Shown here in pieces: positions 10,997 to 21,068 of a DNA stretch of 64,000 bases. Below the pieces are notes generated by a model, which did not search any database, was not told where the DNA came from, and saw only the letters and a list, made by a program, of their open reading frames with translations. The DNA comes from a virus. Lineage: Duplodnaviria; Caudoviricetes. Position 1 is the first letter of the stretch. The number at the start of each line of letters is the position of its first letter. The position numbers were made by a program, and so were the translations under genes. The stretch is taken from the IMG/VR virus record IMGVR_UViG_637000272_000004, positions 21,538 through 85,537 of that record; one strand, 5' to 3'.

Positions 10997-11593
10997 ATGA
11001 TAAAACAGGTTCTAAGAAAAAGTTTAAATACAGTAAAAGAACATATCGATAAAAGTAACTTCCAAAAAAACTTAATATTTTCACTTGTCATATTCCCATT
11101 CTTATTTGTGCCTTACATTATAATAGATATACTCGTACATTTATCTAATAATCAAGAATACTTTAAGTTATTATCATCTATTTCACATATATTTTTAATG
11201 TTCTTTGTAACAGCAATAAGTCTATACGCTATACTTTCTATACCTTTAACATCTAATTCATGTAGGAAATCTAGCTTTAGAAAGATTAGTAAAGTAATAA
11301 TTTATTTTTTAGTATTTTTTTATATCCTAAGCCATCATATCAATATAGATATTTCTAAAATGGACTCTTCTTGGCATTTTTATGCGCTTTTTTTATGTTT
11401 TTTTATTATTTCATATAAATTAACTGAAAAAATAACGAAGGTATGCAAATGGATATTTAATGAAGAATCAAATAACGATGAAGGTTTAAGAACTCAAAAA
11501 TTATTTTTTATAACGACTGTGATTTTTGGTACAATAAGTATCTTCTCAACAATTGCAAACATTTTAGTAGCAATAAAACAATTTCTAAATTAG
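10997..11593 (+). CDS. Hypothetical multi-pass membrane protein (~5 TM)
   Basis: 198-aa ORF, GGAGG RBS, several long hydrophobic segments. Confidence 0.8.
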   Translation: MIKQVLRKSLNTVKEHIDKSNFQKNLIFSLVIFPFLFVPYIIIDILVHLSNNQEYFKLLSSISHIFLMFFVTAISLYAILSIPLTSNSCRKSSFRKISKVIIYFLVFFYILSHHINIDISKMDSSWHFYALFLCFFIISYKLTEKITKVCKWIFNEESNNDEGLRTQKLFFITTVIFGTISIFSTIANILVAIKQFLN

Positions 11594-11760
11594 TTATATC
11601 AACTAAATAATAAAAGGTAGCAAAAATTATATAGTAAAAGCGATAGTAGATTATTAAAAAATATATATAGCATTTGTTCTCACTGCGTCAAAACTCTAAA
11701 GCAATTAAGCCATCGAGAGTATTTAAATACACATAAATTCAAATTAAGGAGAATAGGTAA

Positions 11761-13107
11761 ATGAAAAAAGAAATTTTAAAAAAGCAATGGGTAATATGGA
11801 CAATCTTAGTAACATCTTTCTTTAGTATAGGCACACCAGGTATAGCAATAATCCCGTTCAGTTTATCAATATATGCATTATCTAAATTAATACTTGTTAA
11901 TAAATTTGTAGAACCCGATTTAGTAACACTTCAAAACTTGAAAGAAAAAAATAAAAGTATCAACATTGAAAATCAAAAAATCAAGCGTGAAATACAAGAA
12001 TTGAAGAATCTAAAAAAAGATTTAATATCTAGTATAGAAGAAGGTACTAAAGAACTTGAACACGTTACTAGTTATTTGAATGATGAATTATTTAAATATG
12101 ATATAGAATTAATTTATCCCTTTGATTTAGTTGAAGTAGACTCATCTCAAATTAATACATATATTAAAAAATTACAAATGAAAGAAAAAGAATTACTAAA
12201 TCTTGAAGAAGTGAAAATATTTAATGTTTCTACGGAGAATAAGAGACATCAAAATGCGCAGGCCAAGCAAATCATACGATTATTTAATGCTGAAACTTCT
12301 CAATTAATTAATAAAGTAAATAGCAAAAATATCGAAAGCATGCAGAACAAAATATTTAAAAGTTATGAAGGGATAAATAAAATATTTGAAACGGATAATG
12401 TACATATTCCTGAAGCTTTACTTGACATAAAACTTGAGATGTTAGATTTAATGAACAAATATCAAATTAAGATAGAAGATGAAAAAATCATAAGAAGAGA
12501 AGAACGAGCTAGACTGAAAGAAATAGAACTAACAGAAAAAGAAATGGAGAAAAAACTAAAAGAGCTTGATAAAGACATTAGACACCACAATAATGAAATC
12601 AAAAAGCTGACAATGTATTTAAATAACACAGATTTACAAGTCGAAAAAGAATTATATATTGAAAAGATTAGAGAATTAGATCAATCACTCAAAGATTTAA
12701 ATTCTGAAAGAGAAAATGTAGAGGACAGAAAAGATAATGCTCAATCAGGGTTTGTTTATATAATATCAAACATCGGTTCATTTGGAGAAAATGTTTATAA
12801 GATTGGTGTAACCCGTAGATTAGAACCAATGGATAGAATTAATGAATTAAGTAGCGCATCTGTTCCCTTTGAATTCGATGTGCACGCTTTAATTTTCTCT
12901 GAAAATGCTTTTGAGCTTGAAAACAAATTACACGAATACTTTAAAAAATATAAAGTTAATAAAGTTAACGGAAGAAAAGAATTCTTTAAAGTTAATATTA
13001 ATGAAATTAAAGATAAAGTTTTATCAGAACACAATAGCACAGTTCAATTCATTGATGAACCAAAAGCTTTACAATACAGAGAAACTTTAAGATTAACTTC
13101 ACTCTAA
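11761..13107 (+). CDS. Membrane-anchored DUF4041 + GIY-YIG (T5orf172/MUG113) nuclease; SNIPE/PD-lambda-1-like
   Basis: N-terminal TM, long coiled coils, IIRLFNAET core, C-terminal GFVYIISNIGSFGENVYKIGVTRR...PFEFDVH...RKEFF. Confidence 0.85.
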   Translation: MKKEILKKQWVIWTILVTSFFSIGTPGIAIIPFSLSIYALSKLILVNKFVEPDLVTLQNLKEKNKSINIENQKIKREIQELKNLKKDLISSIEEGTKELEHVTSYLNDELFKYDIELIYPFDLVEVDSSQINTYIKKLQMKEKELLNLEEVKIFNVSTENKRHQNAQAKQIIRLFNAETSQLINKVNSKNIESMQNKIFKSYEGINKIFETDNVHIPEALLDIKLEMLDLMNKYQIKIEDEKIIRREERARLKEIELTEKEMEKKLKELDKDIRHHNNEIKKLTMYLNNTDLQVEKELYIEKIRELDQSLKDLNSERENVEDRKDNAQSGFVYIISNIGSFGENVYKIGVTRRLEPMDRINELSSASVPFEFDVHALIFSENAFELENKLHEYFKKYKVNKVNGRKEFFKVNINEIKDKVLSEHNSTVQFIDEPKALQYRETLRLTSL

Positions 13108-13113
13108 AAATTT

Positions 13114-13147
13114 GGGTAGCCCTCCTACCCTTATTATTTTTTGCCAA
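13114..13147 (+). repeat. 34-bp imperfect direct repeat/terminator, copy 1 (copy 2 at 62884-62917)
   Basis: GGGTAGccctCCTACCCTTATTATTTTTTGCCAA versus GGGTAGctcgCCTACCCTTATTATTTTTTGCCAA. Confidence 0.9.
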
Positions 13148-13363
13148 CTTTTGTGAGTATGTCATATATCAATAAAAAACAACCAAATTGTAAAAGGTTT
13201 TATGGTTTTGGATATGAATGTAATTATTGTAAAAAGTAATTTTTTATTAATCAATACATTGTAATATTAAGTGCAACCCAATAAAAATTCATAAAAACAC
13301 CCACAATGGGCACTTTATTGTGAGGTTTTTACAACCACGAAAACACATTTAAGTATTGCCAAT

Positions 13364-13595
13364 ATGAGCGATAACTATCTTATACTAACTGAGCACGTAT
13401 AGAGAAAATTATTCTTTAAGACCTATTGCACGTAAATTAAAACAATCCGCATCTACTATCTTACGTGCAATTAGCAGAAATAATATAAATATGTTATATC
13501 AAGCTGAAACGGCTCAAAAGAATTATGTAACTACAAGAAAACTTTGTGGTCGTCCTACTGGATTTACTCCAGAACTTAGCAATATCATTAAGTAA
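13364..13595 (+). pseudogene. IS30-family transposase N-terminal remnant
   Basis: Frameshifted fragment SLRPIARKLKQSASTILRAISRNN...YQAETAQKNY...CGRP matches the IS30 HTH; no catalytic domain. Confidence 0.75.
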
Positions 13596-13629
13596 AATTT
13601 AAAAATACCACTACTCTTCTGAATTAATC

Positions 13630-13929
13630 GTGATTCGATTTTTTAAAACCGATTTTCTTTTAAAACCAAGTATTTATGGTTTAACCGCTGATATGATTAG
13701 GTTCGATGTTAATGGTAGTGATCATGCAAATCCACCAAATAATGAAAGAATACCTACGCCACATATACACATATATACTGAAGAATATAATAATGGTGGT
13801 ATTGCGATCCCATTAAAAGATATTGAAGATTTAGAATTAACAGATGAAATTATAGAATCATTAGACTTCTTTATGAAGTATACTAATATAAAACACGATA
13901 ATGTTATAATAGAACCAAGATTACTGTAA
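13630..13929 (+). CDS. DUF6978-like protein, probably 5'-truncated (conserved-looking part starts MIRFDVNG at 13693)
   Basis: RFDVNGSDH...PTPHIHIY motif; no clear RBS, IS30 scar directly upstream. Confidence 0.55.
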   Translation: MIRFFKTDFLLKPSIYGLTADMIRFDVNGSDHANPPNNERIPTPHIHIYTEEYNNGGIAIPLKDIEDLELTDEIIESLDFFMKYTNIKHDNVIIEPRLL

Positions 13930-13949
13930 AAGAAATGGAGGGATACTAA

Positions 13950-14726
13950 GTGAAGACTATCGAAGAAAGAATGAACGAATATTTCAACTGGTTAAAACAA
14001 AATTATATCTTCAAAGAATTAGATAGTTCTACAGAAATTACTACTCCCTTTAAGAATCATTTGAATGATTTTATTAGAATATATGCTGATACACTACCTA
14101 ATAATGAAATTTGTCTATCAGATGACGGATTGACGATTAATGAATTAGAAATGTTGGGTATAGATATAAACACAAAAACGAGAACTAAACTTATACAGAA
14201 TATTTTAAATCAATTTAATTTAAAATTAGTTGATAAAGAAATTACAGCGGATGTTAAAAATGAGAGTTTTGCTCAGTCTAAACATAATTTAATTCAAGGC
14301 ATATTGAAAATTTATGACCTTACTTTAACTACTAAATCTAACGTTACAAACATATTCTATGAAGAAGTATTTGAATTCTTATATGACCGAGAAATAAGAG
14401 GTTTAGCACAAGTTTCTGTTTCTGGAGAATCAGGTTTAAAATATTCTATTGATTATATTGTTTCAGAAACAAAATCACAACCAGAAAAACTAGTTAACTT
14501 TACAAATAACTTAGATTTTAACAAAATAACTAATGAAGCTTATATTTACCGTGATATCAAACCAAACAGACCATCCAGAAACAAATTAGAACCTATCATG
14601 TTAATAATTGTAAATGATGTAGATCATCCGATAAATGAAAGAGCACAAACTGTAGCAGAACATGAGAACCTTGAGATATTAAAATGGTCTAATAAATCAA
14701 AAATCATTGAAACTTTAACCTCATAA
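13950..14726 (+). CDS. DUF1828-DUF1829 domain protein
   Basis: ITTPFKNHLNDFIRIY...LSDDGLTINEL N-domain; GESGLKYSIDYIV nuclease-like C-domain; GGAGG RBS. Confidence 0.75.
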   Translation: MKTIEERMNEYFNWLKQNYIFKELDSSTEITTPFKNHLNDFIRIYADTLPNNEICLSDDGLTINELEMLGIDINTKTRTKLIQNILNQFNLKLVDKEITADVKNESFAQSKHNLIQGILKIYDLTLTTKSNVTNIFYEEVFEFLYDREIRGLAQVSVSGESGLKYSIDYIVSETKSQPEKLVNFTNNLDFNKITNEAYIYRDIKPNRPSRNKLEPIMLIIVNDVDHPINERAQTVAEHENLEILKWSNKSKIIETLTS

Positions 14727-15295
14727 ATTAACATTAGACCCCTATTTGTAATTCTTTAATTTTCAAATCATATCGTGCAAGTAAAAAAGTAGATACTTTT
14801 TTATTTGCACGTTTTATTTTAGGACAAAAAGAGCAATGTCAACGAATCAGAAAATCTTTTTCTTGATACGTATTTGACACTTGCTCTTTTAAGAATACTA
14901 ACATTTCATTGTATTTCCGTTAAATTAACGGAGTATGCGGATTACCTCGATATATTTACCTCTAGAGTGTTAAAAAATTGTACATTCTTAAACAATCAAA
15001 AATGTACGTTATTAAATTATCATTTCCACTGGTGAGTCATGTCGACTAAAAGATTATAAAAGTAAAAATACATTTAAAATCACAACAATATCAAACCGCT
15101 ATTGACAGTCAATTCAAATAGAATTTTAGACAGATTTTTATCAAAGTAATATAAAAAATATTTAGAATAAATCATTGAGAAAAATTAAATAATTCAAACA
15201 GCAATAAACTAACTATTTACATGAATCTATAAAGCACTTAGAACAAAACTTCGAAAAACGCACTTTATGATTGTATAGTGGTATTAAATATACTA

Positions 15296-16071
15296 TCAGT
15301 GAGTATTAAGAAATACTTCCATTTTAATACTCTTAGAATCAACTACTTTATTATCTCCGTAAATATTTAAAAACTTATATGGAACAAAAGGTACTAGTTC
15401 TTTTTTAGGAAATAAGTCAAACCAAAAACTTGTATTGTTCTTTTCAGTAAATTTTATATATTCAGATTCAAATGCAGAACCATCAAACTCGTATAGCTTT
15501 TTTCTTTAGTGAGCCAGTGTCTTGCTTTGTAATCTAGTTTTTGAATAGTAACCATATTCTTATTTGTAGTTATTGTAAATCCAAGTGATTGTCTATTGTC
15601 GATTGTTACCTGTACAGTAATTAATTTATCTCTTTCATTTTCTGAACTATTAAATGTAAGACCACCATACATACAACAACCTCCAAAATTTTGGTTTATA
15701 TCCGGTTCAGATTTAGGTATTATACATGTATAAAAATATGGAACACCAAAAATGTCTACTTTTTTACCTTTATAATTGTTAGCTAATTCTGTATTTTCTA
15801 ATTCAGTTTTAACCTCATTATAACTCTTATACTCAATTGGAAAATTTAAATCATGAGATAAAAACTGTCTAGAATTGATAACTCCTCTTCCTTCAACAGG
15901 TGGAGACATATAAAGATTCATTACATTTCCCATAGTTCCCTTATTACTTTTATAATCACTTACTTTATTTAGTTCGTCTATTTTAGGATCAGGTAGGGCA
16001 TTCGCATAATTTATATTATGAAAAACTATTTCTAGAATCAAAATAATAATTACAGTAGATAATTTCTTCAT
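15296..16071 (-). pseudogene. seg: Enterotoxin G, frameshifted
   Basis: 776 nt versus 777 expected; the A-run at WLTKEK has 6 A. The rest ([10 protein letters not shown]...MEVFLNTH*) is in another frame, ending at 15296. Confidence 0.92.
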
Positions 16072-16361
16072 AAAACCTCCTCTAACTTATTCAGTCTATT
16101 TAACAATGAAACTTATTATAAATTCACGCTTATAGATAGTTCATGGTGTAGGGTGTAGTGTGTCGATAACATTAGTTTTAAAAATAAAAATTCACTAGCA
16201 AAATAAATTAACATTCTATTTATCATTATTACTAATTACAACAAATAATTTTGAATCCGTATTCAAGATAATATATAAATTTCAAATTTTACTACAATTC
16301 AAATCGTTGTCCCCTCATATAATAGTTTATTTTCATGATTCAGTTGATAATCATCAATCAC

Positions 16362-17117
16362 TTAATCTTTATATAAAAATACATCGATATGATAATTAGA
16401 TGAGCTAACTGTTCTATTATCACTATAAAATTGAAAAAACTCTGCTCCTACTGAACCTTTTATGTTATATAAATCATAATAAAATGATTGATCTTGATGA
16501 TTATGAGAATGAAAGAAAATGCATCCTTTTTGTATGTTACCGGTATCTTTATTGTATATTTTATATAAATTTTCTAATTTAAATCGAACTTTAGTATCTA
16601 ATTCTTGTACTGTTACTTTAGCCTTTTTAGTTTTTATAACAAAACCTTCTTGTTGGACACCATCTTTAAATACATTAACGCCTATAACTTTCTCTTCATC
16701 TAATTGATTTCCATCATGTATCGTAACTCCTCCGTTTAAGCACGATGTTTTTTCTTCAGTTAAGCCTACACATTTATTTCCATAATACAGTCCATAAATA
16801 TCTATATTTTTCCCTTTAAATTGATTTGCTAAATCTGCTGAGTTAAACTCAACTTTCAAACTAGAAGTTTTAAGTACGGATATATCAATGTTTTTTAATA
16901 TTATAGTATTATTCAGTAGTTGATCTGTACTAATTTTATTTGACTCGTCTAATTGCCACGTTATATCAGTATAATAGCTTGTTAAATTAAATAAATTACT
17001 ACTATCTATATCAGATTTTTTCTTTAAAACTTTTTTGTCTACTTCAGCATTAACATATTTATTATTTATAAGACATAATAAAGTTATTATAATTACAGCT
17101 ATGTAGAACAATCTCAT
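16362..17117 (-). CDS. sen: Enterotoxin-like N
   Basis: MRLFYIAVIIITLLCL...SSSNYHIDVFLYKD. Confidence 0.95.
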   Translation of the reverse strand: MRLFYIAVIIITLLCLINNKYVNAEVDKKVLKKKSDIDSSNLFNLTSYYTDITWQLDESNKISTDQLLNNTIILKNIDISVLKTSSLKVEFNSADLANQFKGKNIDIYGLYYGNKCVGLTEEKTSCLNGGVTIHDGNQLDEEKVIGVNVFKDGVQQEGFVIKTKKAKVTVQELDTKVRFKLENLYKIYNKDTGNIQKGCIFFHSHNHQDQSFYYDLYNIKGSVGAEFFQFYSDNRTVSSSNYHIDVFLYKD

Positions 17118-17155
17118 AAACTTTTTAATATTTTTTATAATATACTCTCCCTCAA

Positions 17156-17941
17156 TTATTTTTTGGTTAAATGAACTTCTACATTAATAGATTTACTCTC
17201 AACTGTCTTATTATCATTATAAATTAGTAAATATTTAGTCGGATAAAATTTTTCACCAGATTCAGGCATCATATCATACCAAAATGAATGACTATTTCCT
17301 TCGATAAACTTTATATAGCCAGTCTCATAAGGCGAACTATTAAATTCATATAAATTTTTATGCTTAAGTAAATAGTTTCTAACTTTATAATCTATTTCTT
17401 GTGCTGTTATGTTTTTCTTATTGGTAGATATATCAAAAGATAATGTGTTTCTTTCGTTTTCGTATACTTTAATTAAGATATTATGAGAGTTATCAGTTAG
17501 ATTATTTTTATCTATTTGATTTCCATCATGCTCGGTCACACCGCCATACATACACGTTTTTTCAATTAGTCTACCATCATTTAATTCCATATTATCCGCT
17601 GAAAAATAGCATTGATTATAATAGTTTGTCCCAAACAAATCTACGTTTTTATTTTTGTATTTATCCGAAAGGCTTTTATTATTAAATTCTGTTTTTAAAA
17701 TTTTAGAACCATCAATTTTAGAGCCATTTATTTTAAATAATAAATCATGTTGTAAAAACTTCTCTTGGGCTTTAATGTTTGTTTCTGATACGTGTTTATC
17801 GTCATACAAATACCTCATATTATCCATTAGACCAGTGAATTCACTCGCTTTATTCAATTGTTCTGGTCTAGGATTGCCATTTAACATAAATAGTAAGCTG
17901 CAAGACTTAACACATATGAAGATAAAAGCAAATAACTTCAT
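17156..17941 (-). CDS. seu: Enterotoxin-like U (intact 261-aa form, not the psi-ent1/2 pair)
   Basis: MKLFAFIFICVKSCS..., GSKIDGSKI duplication, CMYGGVT. Confidence 0.93.
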   Translation of the reverse strand: MKLFAFIFICVKSCSLLFMLNGNPRPEQLNKASEFTGLMDNMRYLYDDKHVSETNIKAQEKFLQHDLLFKINGSKIDGSKILKTEFNNKSLSDKYKNKNVDLFGTNYYNQCYFSADNMELNDGRLIEKTCMYGGVTEHDGNQIDKNNLTDNSHNILIKVYENERNTLSFDISTNKKNITAQEIDYKVRNYLLKHKNLYEFNSSPYETGYIKFIEGNSHSFWYDMMPESGEKFYPTKYLLIYNDNKTVESKSINVEVHLTKK

Positions 17942-18094
17942 TCCAACAACTCCATATTTTAAATTTTTATAAATTTGATGTATTCCAGGTAATATTAAAC
18001 GTACACATTACCCTTAAAGTCATTAAAATTTAAATAGTTAATACATATGTTAATTTCATATAAATTCGCATTTTAGTGTTAAAACTAATTATCA

Positions 18095-18823
18095 TTAGTT
18101 ACTATCTACATATGATATTTCGACATCAAGATGAAATTTTTCAGATTCTATTATTTTATTATCTTCATAAATTTTCAAAAAACTTACAGGCACTCCATCT
18201 CCTGTATAAAACAAATCATATGAAAATGATTTTTCATCATTTAAATGAAATAGAACTTTCCCCTTATTAAAACCTGAATAAAATTTAGATTTATACCCAT
18301 ATTCTTTGCCTTTACCAGTGTTATTATGACCATATATATTGTATTCTTCTTGAAGATATCTCCTTAATTTAACATCAATTTCTTGAGCTGTTACTAGTTT
18401 TTTATTAGTTGCTATTTTGTCAGTAGAAATTGTTTTATGCTTGCCATTAACCCAAAGATTTATAGGGATTTTTCTAGCAGAATTTAAGTATTGTCCTGAT
18501 AAAGTGGCCCCTCCATACATGTATTTAGATTTACAAGGACCATTATAATCAATGCCAAAAATATCCAGTTTCTTTCCTTTAAATTTACTTATTTCGTCCC
18601 AATTATTAGATTCTGAGATCAAATCATTGGGACCGGTTGAAAATTCGAGTTGATTTGCAGTAGGTAGGTTTTTATCTGTGACGCCTTTTAAATCTATATA
18701 ATCATATTTTGTATAGAAATTTCTTAAGTTACCTACACCAATATCTCCTTGCGCATACGAAAGGTCATAAACGTTAAAAAATAATATAAAAACTACTATA
18801 AAACTATATTTAAATTTTTTCAT
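18095..18823 (-). CDS. sei: Enterotoxin I variant
   Basis: [15 protein letters not shown]...[13 protein letters not shown]; 242 aa. Confidence 0.95.
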   Translation of the reverse strand: MKKFKYSFIVVFILFFNVYDLSYAQGDIGVGNLRNFYTKYDYIDLKGVTDKNLPTANQLEFSTGPNDLISESNNWDEISKFKGKKLDIFGIDYNGPCKSKYMYGGATLSGQYLNSARKIPINLWVNGKHKTISTDKIATNKKLVTAQEIDVKLRRYLQEEYNIYGHNNTGKGKEYGYKSKFYSGFNKGKVLFHLNDEKSFSYDLFYTGDGVPVSFLKIYEDNKIIESEKFHLDVEISYVDSN

Positions 18824-18857
18824 GGCATTTCCTTTTCTAAGTTATGATTGAAATACT

Positions 18858-19578
18858 TCAACTTTCGTCCTTATAAGATATTTCTACATCTAAATGGAAT
18901 TTATCAGTTTCGACAGTTTTGTTGTCATTATATATTTTTAGGAAACTTTCAGCTTGCCCTGTTCCGGTATCAAATAAGTCATAAGAGAATGATGTACCGT
19001 CATTCAAATGAAATGAAATTTTCCCAGTATTAAATCCAGAAAAAAAACTTGGATTTTGTACCGTAATTTCTTCCTTTATTTGTATCATTAAAGCCATAAA
19101 TATTATATTCTTCTTGTAGATATCTTCTTAATTTAGTATCAATTTCTTGAGCTGTTACTATCTTTTTATTAGTTGATACTTTGTCAGTAGAAATTGTTTT
19201 ATGGTTGCCATTAACCCAAAGATTAATAGGAATACATCTAGACTTCTCTAAATAATCACCCGCTAAAGTAACTCCTCCGTACATATATTTATTTTTTAGA
19301 CAATATCCACTATAACTTAGGCCGTATACATCAACAGCACGATTTTTGAATTTTTTTACATCTTCAACGTTCTTAAATTCAGCAGTTACTGCCGAATTAT
19401 CCTTAGAAAAAACTAATTGATGTGAAAAACTATTATTGTCAGGATTAATATTTTGATGGCTTTCAATTGGATAGCTACCATAATAGTTCATAAGATTCAA
19501 AACTCCGACATCAGCGGTTGCGATATGATTTTCCGAATAACAAAACAATAAAACAACAATGATAAGTATTCATTTCAT
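18858..19578 (-). pseudogene. sem: Enterotoxin-like M with two lesions
   Basis: ATG AAA TGA at 19578-19570 (stop at codon 3) and a T8 run at 19040-19047 that shifts the frame; 721 nt versus 720. Confidence 0.92.
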
Positions 19579-19860
19579 TTTATATTTCTCCTATAATTAA
19601 ATATGCCTATCTTTATTATCCTTTTATTGTAAAAAACCATTCTTCTTCTTAAATCATCATGACTCTATCCCACTTATATACTATTACTCGTTAATCTACT
19701 TTTGTTATCTATAATAAAATAGAAAGCTTTTTATAGTAATAAAGTTAGATTTGAATTATTAATCGTTCATCGTCATTTACTAAGCTACTTTGTAAAAAAT
19801 ATGTTAATATCTATAGTTCTTTATAGGATTGTAAGTTGATATGCATCAACTTTTAGATTG

Positions 19861-20661
19861 TTATGTAAATAAATAAACATCAATATGATAGTCTGATGAA
19901 TCTATTGTTTTATTATCATTATAAATTTGCAAACATTGATCTGGTAAATTTCCTTTAATATAAAATAAATCATAATAAAATGATTCTTTATGCTCCGAAT
20001 GCGAATGGAATTTAATATAACCTTTTTGTACATCACTAGTCATTCGGTCATATAATTTATATACATTATTTAATTTTGTTCTTACTTTAATATCAAGTTC
20101 TTGTGCAGTAACTTTCTTTTTATCTGTAGTAACGATAAATGTATTAACATTTACATTATCCTTATACACAGCTACTCCTATTTCTTTAGGTTCGTTTAAC
20201 TTATTATTTTCATGAGGTGTTACCCCGCCATAAGTACAGGCAGTTTTCACTTGATGCTCACCATGACAATGCGCTTTATAATAGACACCATAAATATCTA
20301 CAGTTTTTCCAAAATACTCTTTGGAAATTTCCGATGAGCTAAATTCTACTTTTAAATCTTTAAATTCAGCAGATTTTCCATCTAACCAAGTAAAATTTTT
20401 AAATAATAAATCAAAATCTAAAAATTTTTCTGTAGTTAATACAGGTGACTCATTTATTGTAAAGCGATTAGTCATATAGTCTTTATCAATATTATGTAGA
20501 GCAATATCGTCTACACTTGACTTCTTACACAAATCCTCAATTTTAGGATTTTCTTCATTTGCATATGCATTGTTTACACTACATATTGCAATTAAATATA
20601 TAATTAATAATAATACATTTAACATTGCTTTACTCTTTTTTATAATATCCCTCCTACACAA
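19861..20661 (-). CDS. seo: Enterotoxin-like O variant (start uncertain: ATA 20643 or ATG 20625)
   Basis: NEENPKIEDLCKKSSVD..., CTYGGVT, YHIDVYLFT. Confidence 0.93.
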   Translation of the reverse strand: MCRRDIIKKSKAMLNVLLLIIYLIAICSVNNAYANEENPKIEDLCKKSSVDDIALHNIDKDYMTNRFTINESPVLTTEKFLDFDLLFKNFTWLDGKSAEFKDLKVEFSSSEISKEYFGKTVDIYGVYYKAHCHGEHQVKTACTYGGVTPHENNKLNEPKEIGVAVYKDNVNVNTFIVTTDKKKVTAQELDIKVRTKLNNVYKLYDRMTSDVQKGYIKFHSHSEHKESFYYDLFYIKGNLPDQCLQIYNDNKTIDSSDYHIDVYLFT

Positions 20662-20831
20662 AAAGTTTTCTTATAGAAATTTTTCAATATAAATTAAAAA
20701 ATTCTGGTTTTAACCTTTAAATATTCACTAATATTTTTTGATTACGATTTTAAAACTTAACAATCCTATTTACAATTGAACAAACACATTTTAAACTAAG
20801 CGACTCAGATAATAGACAAAAAACCTTAAAA

Positions 20832-20868
20832 ATAGCGCTTAAAATGGGTAAAACCATTTTAAGCGCTA
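20832..20868 (-). terminator. Strong hairpin, likely the original terminator of the tRNA operon targeted by the phage
   Basis: TAGCGCTTAAAATGG-loop-CCATTTTAAGCGCTA with T-tract on the minus strand. Confidence 0.7.
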
Positions 20869-20886
20869 TAACGGAAGGTAAGGGAG
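20869..20886. other. Probable prophage att core (left junction)
   Basis: Minus strand CTCCCTTACCTTCCG resembles a tRNA T-arm/acceptor 3' end, directly followed by a terminator. Partner copy expected just beyond 64000; boundaries approximate. Confidence 0.55.
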
Positions 20887-21002
20887 TTTTAAAAGCCTAT
20901 AACAACGGTCAATTAGAGTTATTAGGAACGTTTTAGGAACGTTAATTTTTAACCGCACTCCTAAATTAATAGGTGGTGTGGTTTTGTTGGTTGTGTAAGA
21001 AT

Positions 21003-21068
21003 AAAAAAGAGGCGACCGTCGCAACAGTCTACCTCAAGCACACTCCGCAGATGTGTACCGTAATTTCT
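21003..21068 (-). ncRNA. Candidate ~66-nt two-hairpin sRNA
   Basis: TATAAT at 21079-21074, GTACAC/GTGTGC stem, GAGG..CCTC terminator plus U6, no ORF. Confidence 0.4.
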
